64,000 nucleotides of DNA from an uncultured Anaerolineales bacterium (GCA_964439175.1 CAYTNQ010000004.1:8759-72758); one strand, 5' to 3'; numbered from the stretch's first letter, positions 26,848 to 37,335 are shown. Made by a program: numbers and translations. The notes: generated from the letters alone by a model not told the origin.

Positions 26848-27756
26848 TTACAGAGAAGGAAGCACACGCAGCAAATCCAAATACAAACGCGAACGTTGGG
26901 CGACTTGACTTGATTTCCCTAAACCCATGATACCCCACGCTACACGTGTTAGAACCGTAACAAAAAGGATAAGTTTGTAAACCCAACTCCCCCACTTTCC
27001 TCTGGTCTTTCGAAAGAACAAGACTTTGCTGTGGTGCAATTCTAGAAACATCTCTCTTACAGCCTGACACGTGCTTTGTCCACCATAGTGAATGATCCTT
27101 GCCATAGGCACCCAGTAAATTAGTAATCCTGCCTGCAGCAGGCGATAGCACAAATCTACTTCTTCGGTGAACATGAAGAATGCTCCGTCCAACAACCCGA
27201 TGTTTGCCAATACTTTGCGACGAACAAGCATACAATTGCCTTGAATCACCTCAACAGTATGCGCTATTGTAGTGTCCCAGTTTTCTTCTCTGTAAACAGA
27301 TCGTACCAGGAAATGGTCCAAGTGCATAAGTCGCCAGAATTCCCGCCATAATGTTGGCATGGGATCACAAGAGGACTGAAGCGTAAAATCTGGATTGAGA
27401 ATCATCGGGCCAATAGCCCCTGCTTCAGGATGTGTTTCAATGAAATCTATAAGCGTTTGCAAGGTGCCCGGGAGGATTTTCGTGTCTGGGTTCAGCAAGA
27501 GCACAAGACGTCCTAAACTCTTCTTGATAGCTTGGTTGTTTGCCCGAGCAAATCCTACATTCTCGGTGTTTTGGATCAAACGCACCTGTGGGAACCGCGC
27601 TCGCACCATCAGAGCACTGTCGTCGCTGGATGCGTTGTCCACCACCAACACCTCAAATTCACCCCCTGGCGGGTGAGCATAGACCGATGCCAGGCACTGT
27701 GCCAGCATATCGCGTGTGTTCCAATTGACGATGATAATACTCATGTCAGGTTGCAT
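26848..27756 (-). CDS. GT2 family glycosyltransferase (rhamnosyltransferase-like)
   Basis: SIIIVNWNTRDMLAQCLASV, VVDNASSDDS and LLLNPDT blocks of the GT2 GT-A fold. 302 aa. Confidence 0.75.
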   Translation of the reverse strand: MQPDMSIIIVNWNTRDMLAQCLASVYAHPPGGEFEVLVVDNASSDDSALMVRARFPQVRLIQNTENVGFARANNQAIKKSLGRLVLLLNPDTKILPGTLQTLIDFIETHPEAGAIGPMILNPDFTLQSSCDPMPTLWREFWRLMHLDHFLVRSVYREENWDTTIAHTVEVIQGNCMLVRRKVLANIGLLDGAFFMFTEEVDLCYRLLQAGLLIYWVPMARIIHYGGQSTCQAVREMFLELHHSKVLFFRKTRGKWGSWVYKLILFVTVLTRVAWGIMGLGKSSQVAQRSRLYLDLLRVLPSL

Positions 27757-27768
27757 AAGCTGTCTTTC

Positions 27769-29127
27769 CTACAGGGGAATGGCACGAGTGACCAACTCCA
27801 GCCCTTCTTGACCGAAGCGTACCGTGTACCCTGCGTCCAGTATACGGGCCTGGGCGGCCAGCAGATAGCGACGGAAAGGGCTATCACTGTCAGGATCTGC
27901 CATGTCCAACTCCCACTGCTCCATCCTGGCCTCTTTTTGCAACGGCAGCAGTACATGGCGGGCAGCATAGTAATCGAGGGCAATTGGATCCACGCCTGCC
28001 AGCAGCGAGCCCTGGCGAGGCGACATCTCGTAGGTGGCATCTTGGGTACGATTCCCATGGATGCCGACGAAAGTCGCGTCCACCAGGTTCAGGGTGGGGA
28101 AACGCAAGGTCATCAAGAGGCCGGGCAGCCCGGGAGGCAGGCCATTGAATGACTCGGTCAGCGCAGCATGGAATGAGAAGCTATCGGGATCTACACCCGC
28201 TTCGGCCGCGCCGACCCGCTTGCCCATCACACCCAAGAAGTTCTTGACGGCGGCGGTGACGCCAAACCAGCCGTGAGCCTTCAAGACTGGCAAGTTGATG
28301 AATTTCAGCCGGGCTGCGTCGAACTGGTGACTATTCCAAATGCCATACCGCAGACTGACCCGTGTACCGTAATCTGTAACGAATTTGGGGTAATTGAGGG
28401 GATAGGGCCCGGCCATAACATAGCCCTCGCGTTCGTCTCCCTCGTCCCACTCGCCGACCTGTTCGCGCAGCGGGGCCCAATTGTAAAGCGACACTTGATA
28501 ACCAGCAGCGGCAAACATATCTACTACGCGCTGGTACGATTGGGAATGGTCGGGAAACTCGTCATTGTTGGTAGATGGTTCGGCCAGGTGATGCCTGGAC
28601 ATCTGGCCATTTTCAACGACAACCACTTCGCCCGTGAACCCATCGGGATGGTCAAGCAGCCGCCGAATCAAACCACGCACTACGTCGGTGTTGGTCATCC
28701 CCCGCTGCTCCCATTGGGCATTGACTTTGACCAATACCACATCTTCCGGTCCAATCAGGCCGTTGGGGCCATTGCGAAGGCCATTCCGAGGGCTGCGGTA
28801 AAACTTGAGGTCATGCTCACCCATCAGGTCGAGCATTGCATCCACACCCGCGTGGTTCGCCTGCCAGTCTGCATCCGGTGAGTAAGCTGGTTGCCAGCCG
28901 GGCCTAGAAGAGTTGTCTATACGGAAAACTGCCGATTGCCCCATCACCTGAGGCGCAGGCGGCAACGGCTTGACGCTAAGTTGCTTCAAGATCTTGGCTG
29001 CCAGCCCTTGCCAGCGGCGCCGAGGCGGTTCAAGTAAGACCGACACGCCACACGCACCGGCAACCACTAGTCCACCTGCGACCATGCCCAGAAACCTTCT
29101 CCTGCTGATCTCCCTCAACTTAGCCAT
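27769..29127 (-). CDS. Tat-exported DUF362 domain protein (second paralogue)
   Basis: Twin-arginine signal SRRRFLGMVAGGLVVAGA. DUF362-like blocks include VVLVKVNAQWEQRGMTNTD and FINLPVLKAHGWFGVTAAVKNFLG. Confidence 0.7.
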   Translation of the reverse strand: MAKLREISRRRFLGMVAGGLVVAGACGVSVLLEPPRRRWQGLAAKILKQLSVKPLPPAPQVMGQSAVFRIDNSSRPGWQPAYSPDADWQANHAGVDAMLDLMGEHDLKFYRSPRNGLRNGPNGLIGPEDVVLVKVNAQWEQRGMTNTDVVRGLIRRLLDHPDGFTGEVVVVENGQMSRHHLAEPSTNNDEFPDHSQSYQRVVDMFAAAGYQVSLYNWAPLREQVGEWDEGDEREGYVMAGPYPLNYPKFVTDYGTRVSLRYGIWNSHQFDAARLKFINLPVLKAHGWFGVTAAVKNFLGVMGKRVGAAEAGVDPDSFSFHAALTESFNGLPPGLPGLLMTLRFPTLNLVDATFVGIHGNRTQDATYEMSPRQGSLLAGVDPIALDYYAARHVLLPLQKEARMEQWELDMADPDSDSPFRRYLLAAQARILDAGYTVRFGQEGLELVTRAIPL

Positions 29128-29139
29128 TTCACCGCTGCC

Positions 29140-30567
29140 CTACGTCTCCTCGGCCAAGCTGCTGGCCTTCGTGATGCGGTATAGAGTGACCATCCCGCCC
29201 AGGAAAAGCCAGGTATAGACCGAATGATCAAAACCGACGATGGTCTGGTTATAGGCAAAGGGCAAAACCCAATCGCCAAGCATCATCGAGAAGATTGCGC
29301 CAACACATCCGCCCAGGGTGGCATTGGCAAAGGCTTCTTCAAAGTTCCGTCGTCCGCGCAAGATGCGGGTCGTCTTATCCCCGGTCCGGACCAATGTCGC
29401 CAACATCCAGAGCAGTATAGAAAAGCCAACAACGCCAGTTTGGGCCACCATATCGAAAAAGTTGTTGTGAGTCGAGCGGGCGTTCTCTGGGTGATAGGTC
29501 ATGTAGTAAACGGCATAGCCCGCCGGCCCGGAACCGAAGAGGGGGTGTTTCAACACGTGGTCAATATTAGCCTGCCACAGCTCCAGCCGTTCAAAATCGC
29601 CTTCCGCCTCAGAATCGAGATAGATCTTTTCGTAAAAAAAATTGAAGTTTAACCCCAGGAAAATGAGGCCGCCTATCGCCGCCGCAACAAAGAGTCCTTT
29701 TGATCGCTTCAACGTAATAACAACACAAGCCACCCCCAGCGGCACCCAGCCCGAAAGCCAAAGCAACCCCTTGATAAATGTCCAGTGGACCCAAGCCGCC
29801 AGTAGCCCCAGGAGAAGCCCACGTACCCACAAAGGTAAATCCTCATCGAAGAGAGCGAAGCCATAAGCCAGAGCAGCCAGCCATGTAGGAAAGATACCAC
29901 CCGTGTTAAAAATGTCTCTGAAGGGCAAGCCGAGATTGTACGTTACGATAGAAAGCGCGCCCAGACCGATGAAAATCCAGACCATCCACTTCAGCCATTT
30001 CACCTCTTCCACCTTATTGGAAACCAGCAAGGTAACGCCCGGCAAGAGGATAATCACGACCAGTGCCGCCAGTTGCACCAGAGGGAACGAACCCCAAGAC
30101 TGCACCAGTGGATCGCGAAACAGGTTGCTCCAGACGTAGGCGACGATAGCCACCGAGATAAATGCTAAAACCGGCCGGTTGATGGGAGAAGGTTTCAAAG
30201 AGAGCTTTTTGTCAATTACCAACATCTGGAACAACCAGATACCGACCAAGCCCAGTGAAACAATTAAGCTGAAGACAATTTCACTTTGCGTTCCAGTAGG
30301 CAGTCGGACACGTACCAGGCCAGCGGTGAGCAATATTGCCAGCAGGCCATATTCAAAACGCCCCAACCGGCGGAGACTCAGCAGGGCAATCGGGGCAAAG
30401 GCCGCAGCTATCAACAACTCCGGCTTGTGTATTACGTACATCTTCCCTATGAGACGTCCCACAAAAAGAGAAAGGCCCCACAGACCGAATATAATCACCG
30501 ACTGCATAAGCTTCCGCTTGATGCGTGGAGTCAAGAATGAGTCAAACTGCACCAATACCCAAGTCAT
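29140..30567 (-). CDS. O-antigen ligase/polymerase-like (Wzy_C domain) membrane protein
   Basis: About 11 TM helices with a large external loop. The block RLELWQANIDHVLKHPLFGSGPAGY...STHNNFFDMVAQTGVVGF is characteristic of the WaaL/Wzy_C family. Confidence 0.7.
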   Translation of the reverse strand: MTWVLVQFDSFLTPRIKRKLMQSVIIFGLWGLSLFVGRLIGKMYVIHKPELLIAAAFAPIALLSLRRLGRFEYGLLAILLTAGLVRVRLPTGTQSEIVFSLIVSLGLVGIWLFQMLVIDKKLSLKPSPINRPVLAFISVAIVAYVWSNLFRDPLVQSWGSFPLVQLAALVVIILLPGVTLLVSNKVEEVKWLKWMVWIFIGLGALSIVTYNLGLPFRDIFNTGGIFPTWLAALAYGFALFDEDLPLWVRGLLLGLLAAWVHWTFIKGLLWLSGWVPLGVACVVITLKRSKGLFVAAAIGGLIFLGLNFNFFYEKIYLDSEAEGDFERLELWQANIDHVLKHPLFGSGPAGYAVYYMTYHPENARSTHNNFFDMVAQTGVVGFSILLWMLATLVRTGDKTTRILRGRRNFEEAFANATLGGCVGAIFSMMLGDWVLPFAYNQTIVGFDHSVYTWLFLGGMVTLYRITKASSLAEET

Positions 30568-30570
30568 ATG

Positions 30571-31776
30571 TCACCCGCTCCCATTAGCCAGTTGCCTCAG
30601 AATGGTTTCGTACTGTTGCCCGATTATATCCCAATCGTACTTACCCCTGACCAGCTCACGCCCCTTACGAGATAGCGTCTGCCGCAACGAGTGATCTTCC
30701 AAAAGATTTACTACGGCCTCTGCAAACTCAGCCGGTTCGTCAGCTATGAGGAGATCCTGACCGGGGACTACCTCAAGACCCTCTGCCCCTTTGCTGGTCG
30801 AAACGACCGGGACACCCAGGGCCATCGCCTCTAGAATCTTGAGGCGCGTCCCACCGCCGATGCGCATCGGAGCCACACATACCTGGCTACGAGCCACCAG
30901 GGGGCGAATGTCATCTGCATAGCCAGTGAAGGTTACGTCTGCTGTCAACGGCAGGCGATCAACCGGCACTCCCTCTGTCGAGCCGGTAATACGCAGTTTC
31001 AGACTCGGTCTACGTGTCTTCAACAAAGGAAAGACCTCCCCTAAGAAGAAACGCATTGCATCGAAATTGGCCTCGTATGTGAGCGCCCCGGTGAAGATAA
31101 GTGTATCTGGCTCGGGCAGGCCGTAATTACCCTCATAGAGCTTGACGTCAATGCCATTCGGGATAATCTCCACCCCCTGGTAATTGGGCACGATTTCCAG
31201 CAGGTTGGCCTGCTCCTGAACCGAGGCTACAGTACACACGTCAAATCGGCGCAGTATCTGGGCGGTAAATCGCCGCATCTTCCACCACGTCATCCCATAT
31301 CGCAGACGACCCCATGCACTACGCTGTATGGTGGATTGTTCCTTGAGGACAGCCAATTCCAGGTCCTCCAACACGGCCGGTATCCCTTTGATAGCAACAA
31401 CATAGGGAGCAACGTCCACTGCCGCCCCAACTTCAAATGCTACCGCCGCATCGAACCGTCCATTTGAAGCGATTCGCTGGATGCGCGCCGCAGCCTTCGG
31501 GTCGTAGGCATCCACCACAGCGCGCGGTTTGGAAGACAGAAAGCCCATCCAGGCCTTGAGACTAGAGCGATGGAAGACCCGCCCTGGCAACAGATAGACT
31601 TCCCGGCAATACGGCTTAAGGGAATCCAGGTAGTAGACATCCCGTGCCTCGCGGCTAAAAACGGCCAGAGTCACCTGATGTCTAGAACTAAACTGCTTGA
31701 GCAGATTATAGACTCGTAGCCGCGCACCATTGTCCGGTGGATAGGGGAACCACCACGAAAGGGCTAGAATCCGCAC
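30571..31776 (-). CDS. GT4 family glycosyltransferase
   Basis: (M)RILALSWWFPYPPDNG N-terminus and a GT-B C-terminal E-x7-E region (GGGTRLKILEAMALGVPVVST). GTG start. Confidence 0.8.
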   Translation of the reverse strand: MRILALSWWFPYPPDNGARLRVYNLLKQFSSRHQVTLAVFSREARDVYYLDSLKPYCREVYLLPGRVFHRSSLKAWMGFLSSKPRAVVDAYDPKAAARIQRIASNGRFDAAVAFEVGAAVDVAPYVVAIKGIPAVLEDLELAVLKEQSTIQRSAWGRLRYGMTWWKMRRFTAQILRRFDVCTVASVQEQANLLEIVPNYQGVEIIPNGIDVKLYEGNYGLPEPDTLIFTGALTYEANFDAMRFFLGEVFPLLKTRRPSLKLRITGSTEGVPVDRLPLTADVTFTGYADDIRPLVARSQVCVAPMRIGGGTRLKILEAMALGVPVVSTSKGAEGLEVVPGQDLLIADEPAEFAEAVVNLLEDHSLRQTLSRKGRELVRGKYDWDIIGQQYETILRQLANGSG

Positions 31777-31780
31777 GTTG

Positions 31781-32695
31781 TCACCCCAAATTTATCTGGC
31801 CGAACCGGCCGTTTCGGTAATCGAAAATCGCCCGGAGCATCATATTTCGTTGAGCCAACTTGTCTCGCCATTTGGGTCGCAGCGACCAACTCACCAGCGT
31901 TCGCAGATACTCACACACCAGTGTGTGGAACCAGGCACGCCATCCGAAGCCCGCGCTATGCAAGAAGAGCAAACGGTTGCGGGTCATGTAGTAATGCACA
32001 ATAGGCGAGGCTGCGCGCCGCCCTGGTGAGATTTTGTGCCACACCTTTGCCCTCGGCACATGGACGATGTGGTAGCCAGCTCGCCGTACTCGTACACACC
32101 ACTCGGCCTCTTCGTAATAAGCAAAAAACCTCTCGTCCAGCAGCCCCACCTGCTCCAACACCGATCTTCGGACCAGCAAGGCACAGCCGGAAACGAAATC
32201 TACTTCACAGGGCTTAGAATCATGTTGCCCGCTATCCAGCTCGCCTAGCCCAACCATCCGCGCCTGCCCCCGGTGTTGGTCAATCACACCACCTGCCGAC
32301 CAAATGACTTCAGGTCGGTCATAATAATAAATCAGTGGCCCTGCTATTCCTACCTTGGGATCTGCTTCCACCGCCTCGACCAGACAGGTCAAGGAATCTG
32401 GGGCCACCTCAGTATCATGGTTGAGCAACAGTACATAATCCGCACCCCGATCCAGCGTATGGCGCATCCCCACATTGTTGCCTCCGGTGAAACCTAGATT
32501 GTCGCCTGTCTCAATCAACGACATCTCCGGGAAGCTCTGTCGAATAGCTGCTATCGAACCGTCGGTGGAAGAGTTGTCCACGACCAGCACGTCGAAACAT
32601 GGATAATCCATTTGGCGCAGCGAGGCCAGACAATCTAACGTATCTTGACCACCGTTCCAATTCAACACGACCACCGCCACCTGAGGGAAAGTCAT
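31781..32695 (-). CDS. GT2 family glycosyltransferase
   Basis: VAVVVLNWNGGQDTLDCLASL, VVDNSSTDGS and LLLNHDTEV blocks. ATG 32695 is preceded by AAGGGAGG. The longer listed ORF would overlap the upstream gene. Confidence 0.75.
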   Translation of the reverse strand: MTFPQVAVVVLNWNGGQDTLDCLASLRQMDYPCFDVLVVDNSSTDGSIAAIRQSFPEMSLIETGDNLGFTGGNNVGMRHTLDRGADYVLLLNHDTEVAPDSLTCLVEAVEADPKVGIAGPLIYYYDRPEVIWSAGGVIDQHRGQARMVGLGELDSGQHDSKPCEVDFVSGCALLVRRSVLEQVGLLDERFFAYYEEAEWCVRVRRAGYHIVHVPRAKVWHKISPGRRAASPIVHYYMTRNRLLFLHSAGFGWRAWFHTLVCEYLRTLVSWSLRPKWRDKLAQRNMMLRAIFDYRNGRFGQINLG

Positions 32696-32763
32696 TGAGC
32701 CTCCCTTGTCAGCCCTAGCCCCTATACAGCAACCCCTCGCAGACTCGCTCGCCAGGTTTGGAA

Positions 32764-33462
32764 TCAGCGCTCCCACTTCAGTACCCGATCAATGACACGC
32801 GCTGGATTGCCCACCACCAACGAATTGGGCGGCACGTCACGACGCACTACCGACCCGGCTCCGACGACCGAACCGGAGCCAATGGTAACACCTTTCATAA
32901 TGATCGAATTGGGGCCGATCCACACGTCGTCACCGATAGTGATGGGTGCTTCAATCTCTGATTCGCCCGTGCTTTTCAACCAGAGCTTGTGACCGATGGA
33001 GTCGAAGATGCTGCAATTCCAGCTAATCATACAGCGTGCGCCAATGCGCACCTGGGTGGCAGCCATAATCCGTGTATTGGGACCGATGATGGCGCGCGGA
33101 CCAATAGAGAGCAACGAGCCTTCTTTACCTACCCGCAACACACAACCTCGAGAGATGCGGGCACCTCGGCCGATCAGGATGCAACCTTTACCTTTCTTGA
33201 GGATATCCACGCCAGGTTCTAGCACAGCCAGCTCGCGCGAATCGAATTTGTGTAATCGCACTAAGAATCGGATGACGCCTATGGTCATCTGCCGGCGCTC
33301 GCGCCAACTCATCTCCCAAAAGCGGCTCCAGAAGCGTTGGAATCCCAAGTCGGTGTCCGGCTGCCATGGCTGATCCAGCGGCAACTGCTCAATCAGATTC
33401 TCACTCATCGCTGCCTCTCCCCACATGGTGTTGAGGTAGTTAATTACATGTTGACGAGACAT
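32764..33462 (-). CDS. Hexapeptide-repeat (LbH) O-acetyltransferase
   Basis: The C-terminal half is a run of [LIV]-G-x-x-x-x hexapeptides (IGPNTRIMA.., IGDDVWIGPNSIIMKGVTIGSGSVVGAGSVV). An alternative start lies at 33408. Confidence 0.75.
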   Translation of the reverse strand: MSRQHVINYLNTMWGEAAMSENLIEQLPLDQPWQPDTDLGFQRFWSRFWEMSWRERRQMTIGVIRFLVRLHKFDSRELAVLEPGVDILKKGKGCILIGRGARISRGCVLRVGKEGSLLSIGPRAIIGPNTRIMAATQVRIGARCMISWNCSIFDSIGHKLWLKSTGESEIEAPITIGDDVWIGPNSIIMKGVTIGSGSVVGAGSVVRRDVPPNSLVVGNPARVIDRVLKWER

Positions 33463-33478
33463 GCCGCAAGAGCATGTC

Positions 33479-34675
33479 CTACGATCCTGCTACCTCGCTG
33501 AGATGATTCTCCAGTTCGGCCACGGTACGCTCCCATCGCCAGCCGGTTTCTGCCTGGCGTCGCCCCTCTGACCCATAACGAGCTGCCCATTCCGGCCGTT
33601 CTAGCAAACCGCGCACAGCAGCCGCAAAACGGCGCGTGTCTCGATCCGTCAACAAGCCATTTATGCCATCGGTAACCGACTCGCGAATCCCCCCCTCGGC
33701 GACGCCGACTACCGGTGTCCCACACGCCATCGACTCCAGTGCTACTAATCCGAAAGGTTCCATCACAGGCGCCACTAGCGTGCAGCGGGCGATGTTGTAA
33801 AACCGCACCAATTCTTCCTCAGAGACCATCGTCTTGAGTGTCAGCTTCACGCCGCGCGTCGCAGCCAACATCTCCAGGTATCTACGCTCCTCGACTTCCT
33901 GATAATTGCTGATGATGACCAGCTCCGGGCGGATAGACTGCGGAAGCAGCCCCAAGCTCTCCACCAGGAAATCGAAAGCCTTGTTCGGGGTCAGAGCACC
34001 TACACCCACCACAATGTTCTCTTTGGGCAAGCCTAAGGGCCTGAAAGTTTCCAGGTCTACCCCATGGTAGACAACGCGGGCATCTACCCCATAAATGCGA
34101 TAAAGAGATTCGCGAGTGAAGTAAGAGTTGGTGACAATGCGCGTAGCAAAATGGATGTTATGCCGTTCCGTCGCCTGAAGCCGGCGATTATAAAGCCAGA
34201 TGAACGGATCAATCCGATTCAGGCGGGCGCCCCCCCCCCCATTCCGATGGCTATGACGGCACGGAGGCTCGTAAAAGCGACGGAAGGGTTCCCGGCTGTG
34301 GTAGAGAGTGGGCGTCTTTAGAAAGCGCAAGATCGACGGATTTTGGGTGAACTGGCAAGGGTGGACGTAGACCACATCGTAGTCGCCCCGATCAACTTTT
34401 GCTGCAATCTGGCGCTCCACCCCTTCCAGCCGGGCCAGGTCACGCCAGCGCACTAACTGATTCAGTCTTCCCAGCGGGCTGCGAAATAGTCGCCCCGGGG
34501 CAAAGTCCACTACAGTCGTTTCTGCTACACATTGTTGCAGATCAAAGAATTTCACATCGGCTGTGCCAGGACAAAAGAGATCCACCCGGTGGCATTCCGC
34601 CAGCCGGCGGACGATCTCGTAGGTCGAGTGCTTGGCACCCCCAGAATGCAAATTGTGGTAAACGGCAATACGCAT
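33479..34675 (-). CDS. GT4 family glycosyltransferase
   Basis: MRIAVYHNLHSGGA N-terminus and a GT-B C-terminal motif (EPFGLVALESMACGTPVVG). ATG 34675 overlaps the upstream TGA (TGATG). Confidence 0.8.
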   Translation of the reverse strand: MRIAVYHNLHSGGAKHSTYEIVRRLAECHRVDLFCPGTADVKFFDLQQCVAETTVVDFAPGRLFRSPLGRLNQLVRWRDLARLEGVERQIAAKVDRGDYDVVYVHPCQFTQNPSILRFLKTPTLYHSREPFRRFYEPPCRHSHRNGGGGARLNRIDPFIWLYNRRLQATERHNIHFATRIVTNSYFTRESLYRIYGVDARVVYHGVDLETFRPLGLPKENIVVGVGALTPNKAFDFLVESLGLLPQSIRPELVIISNYQEVEERRYLEMLAATRGVKLTLKTMVSEEELVRFYNIARCTLVAPVMEPFGLVALESMACGTPVVGVAEGGIRESVTDGINGLLTDRDTRRFAAAVRGLLERPEWAARYGSEGRRQAETGWRWERTVAELENHLSEVAGS

Positions 34676-35841
34676 CACACCCGACTCTCCAAGAAGTCCC
34701 AATAGCCCTGGGCGGCCTGTTCCCAGGTGTGATGAGTGGCAACGTGCTGGAAAGCAGCCTTCCCCATCCTCGCGCGTAACGCTTCATCCCGTACTAAGCG
34801 CAACAACCCCTCACGAATCTGAAACACTTCCTCTGAACCAGGAATGATCTTGATTGTGCAGGAGTCAGGTAGCTCAGCCAGCGAGCCATCACCAGTCACC
34901 AGCACAGGTTTGCCGTAACTCAGGAGACGTAGAGCTGTCGAAGATGTTTCGCCCTCCGAGGGATAGCGCAGGTTCACGCCAACGTCGGTGATGGAAAGGT
35001 ACTTCCGGAAGGTCTCATCATCCACGCGACCGGGTAACAAGACGTGATCCGATAGCCCAAGCTGGTTCACCATACCTTCCACATCCAAATCGAAGACCCG
35101 CCCAACCAACACGTAGAGCGCTCGAGGAAATACGCGTACCACCTCTGTCAGCGCCTCCAATGCCTGGGCGATGCGCTTGCGAGCGGCGATGACGCCAAAA
35201 GAGGCGATGATGGGCCAGCGGTCAACCAGGCCCAACTCCTGACGAAGCGCAATATTGTCAAAGGATTGAGCCGGAGGCACACCTCGCCGGACCATCCGAA
35301 CAGGAAGATGAGGATAGCGACATCTCAAGACCTGCTCGGCATCCACATTATGCACGATTATCCCCCGGCTTTTCCGGACAGCCAGTCGGTTCATAAGCAA
35401 ATGGTCAAGTCGCCTGGTGCCCTGGCGAAGCAAGAAAAGGTCCGCACCAGCTCGCACAGCGGTTGCAGCCCCTTCATTGCACCACACTTGTTGCAGGAAA
35501 TCCAGTCGGCGTCCCTGTCCTAAGGTTTGGCTGCCGATAACGCCTAACATCGTAATCTCGTGCATTACGACCACTCCCCCCATCTCCATCAACAAATTGT
35601 AGATTGGAGCGTGCCGAGGATTGTTTCGCAACTGGAAGACGAGGTGATCGTACTTGTTTCGGCGTGTCGTCAAGTCGCTATACTGCAATACGCGGAAAAC
35701 ATCGGCGACATCGGCGGACAATTCCTCCGTTTCCGGGTCTGTTACAACCTCAATCTTATAATGACGGGATAAGTAGGGCAACAACTCTCTTCCGTAGACA
35801 TTCAGCCCGGCCACAGGTTCGATATAAGCAAGACTTTTCAT
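34675..35841 (-). CDS. GT4 family glycosyltransferase
   Basis: GT-B C-terminal block SEGETSSTALRLLSYGKPVLVT. It is the first gene downstream of promoter cassette copy B. Confidence 0.7.
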   Translation of the reverse strand: MKSLAYIEPVAGLNVYGRELLPYLSRHYKIEVVTDPETEELSADVADVFRVLQYSDLTTRRNKYDHLVFQLRNNPRHAPIYNLLMEMGGVVVMHEITMLGVIGSQTLGQGRRLDFLQQVWCNEGAATAVRAGADLFLLRQGTRRLDHLLMNRLAVRKSRGIIVHNVDAEQVLRCRYPHLPVRMVRRGVPPAQSFDNIALRQELGLVDRWPIIASFGVIAARKRIAQALEALTEVVRVFPRALYVLVGRVFDLDVEGMVNQLGLSDHVLLPGRVDDETFRKYLSITDVGVNLRYPSEGETSSTALRLLSYGKPVLVTGDGSLAELPDSCTIKIIPGSEEVFQIREGLLRLVRDEALRARMGKAAFQHVATHHTWEQAAQGYWDFLESRV

Positions 35842-35892
35842 TCGCCAACAGATCCTTTGGCAAGCGCAACTTAGCGCCCCTTCTGTTGTCCA

Positions 35893-35950
35893 ACTCTAAC
35901 ATAGGATAATAAGAACTCAATGTGAGACTAGTTAGAAAAAAGTTAGAAAG
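35893..35950 (-). promoter_or_regulatory. Shared promoter/operator cassette, copy B
   Basis: The minus strand reads TCTAAC-TTTTT-TCTAAC-TAG-TCTCAC-A-TTGAGT-(16 nt)-TGT-TAGAGT. It ends 52 nt upstream of ATG 35841. Confidence 0.6.
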
Positions 35951-35972
35951 GCTCGGAGCAAAAGATGGGGGA

Positions 35973-37199
35973 TTAGCGGTGGGGAAAATGCTGTTGAACG
36001 ATTTGCCACATCTCGTCAGCACGTCGCGGCCAGGTGTTACGCCGGGCATAAGCCAGCCGGCGCTCAGTCAGAGCACCGCCTTCGGCCAGCGCCCGCTCCA
36101 AGGCCGCCACAAATCCTCCTGAGGTATCGCCAATGTACACAACATCGGCAAACCGCTCTGTGCCGGCCACACTGGTGCTCACGATGGGTTTTCCAGAAGC
36201 CAAATAGTCGTAGAGTTTGATAGGATCCATACTGCGCGTGAGAGACGAGCGCAGGTGAGGCAAAATGCACACGTCAAAGCCCCGCATGAAACCGCCCAAC
36301 TCACCATATGCACGTTGCCCCATCAGGTAGACATTAGGCTGCGCCGCCAGCGCATCCACCATCGTCCTTTTGCTGACCCACACATTTCCAACCAGCACAA
36401 AAGACCAATTGGGCCGGTCTGCGATGACCTGCTTCAACATAACGTAGTCTATCTTGTCACCTATCTGTCCAATGTAACCGATGATAGGACGTGGCAAATC
36501 CGCCAATTCCGGCGCAACGGCATCTGGGGCATTATCACTCAACACTGAGATATCGGTAGCATTCGGGGCACGGTAGCTATTCGGGTTCATAGCACGGGCC
36601 CGGCGAAAGAGTTCCTCAGAAACGGTAAACACCACATCGGCCCGGCGCAGGATGCACTCATTACCCGCGACGAGTTCCTGCCGGTCGGCCACCGGTAACC
36701 AGTCAAATTCAGCCCAATCGTCGGTCCAGTCGTAGCAGAGCAGCGCTCGTTCGGGAAAAGCGTCTATCAGGTCTACCTGCAGGGGATGATACAACCAAAG
36801 CACCAGTCGCTCGCCAGGTAGTCTTCGCAAATGCCAGCGGACCAGTTGTACGTAGAGCGATCGATTAATACGCGGCAGCGGGCTGGAATGGCGTAACGCC
36901 GCCAGGCGTGTCAGGGGTAACGTTTTGCTGGAACCGGTGTAAGACCATACTCTGTCCGCCTCAGCCACCATGCGTCCCACCAGGGTTTGCCAATGCTTGC
37001 GCCGATCAGGCCCCAAATAATCTGGCTCAAACCTTCCACGCATCACGTCGAGGAAGCTGTTGGGCAGGGGGGGATTCACGTGCAGCACCGAGGCGACGTT
37101 GGGCTGATGGGAGAACTCATAAGCAAGGCGTTGTTTACGCCTCCAGCGATTGTCCCACTCATTGACAGAAAAGAAGATGAGCTTAATATCTTCGCTCAT
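35973..37199 (-). CDS. GT4-like glycosyltransferase (TuaH-like)
   Basis: N-terminus IKLIFFSVNEWDNRWRRKQRLAYEF and C-terminal block SMDPIKLYDYLASGKPIVST. Confidence 0.65.
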   Translation of the reverse strand: MSEDIKLIFFSVNEWDNRWRRKQRLAYEFSHQPNVASVLHVNPPLPNSFLDVMRGRFEPDYLGPDRRKHWQTLVGRMVAEADRVWSYTGSSKTLPLTRLAALRHSSPLPRINRSLYVQLVRWHLRRLPGERLVLWLYHPLQVDLIDAFPERALLCYDWTDDWAEFDWLPVADRQELVAGNECILRRADVVFTVSEELFRRARAMNPNSYRAPNATDISVLSDNAPDAVAPELADLPRPIIGYIGQIGDKIDYVMLKQVIADRPNWSFVLVGNVWVSKRTMVDALAAQPNVYLMGQRAYGELGGFMRGFDVCILPHLRSSLTRSMDPIKLYDYLASGKPIVSTSVAGTERFADVVYIGDTSGGFVAALERALAEGGALTERRLAYARRNTWPRRADEMWQIVQQHFPHR

Positions 37200-37335
37200 G
37201 ACCTGACCGACGGTAACACAAAAAATGCAACAGGTGCTACCTCTCCCTCACCGGGCAAACCTAATCCCTCCAACCAATGAAAGATATAGAGCGAGTCCCC
37301 CTAGACTTGTCATGAGCCGTCGGAGCACATGACAC

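Noticed and set aside
26684-27235. 183-aa minus-strand ORF overlapping the 3' half of the GT2 gene in another frame
   Set aside because: It overlaps a GT2 with intact motifs and has no recognisable domain. Its non-overlapping tail coincides with the intergenic hairpin element.
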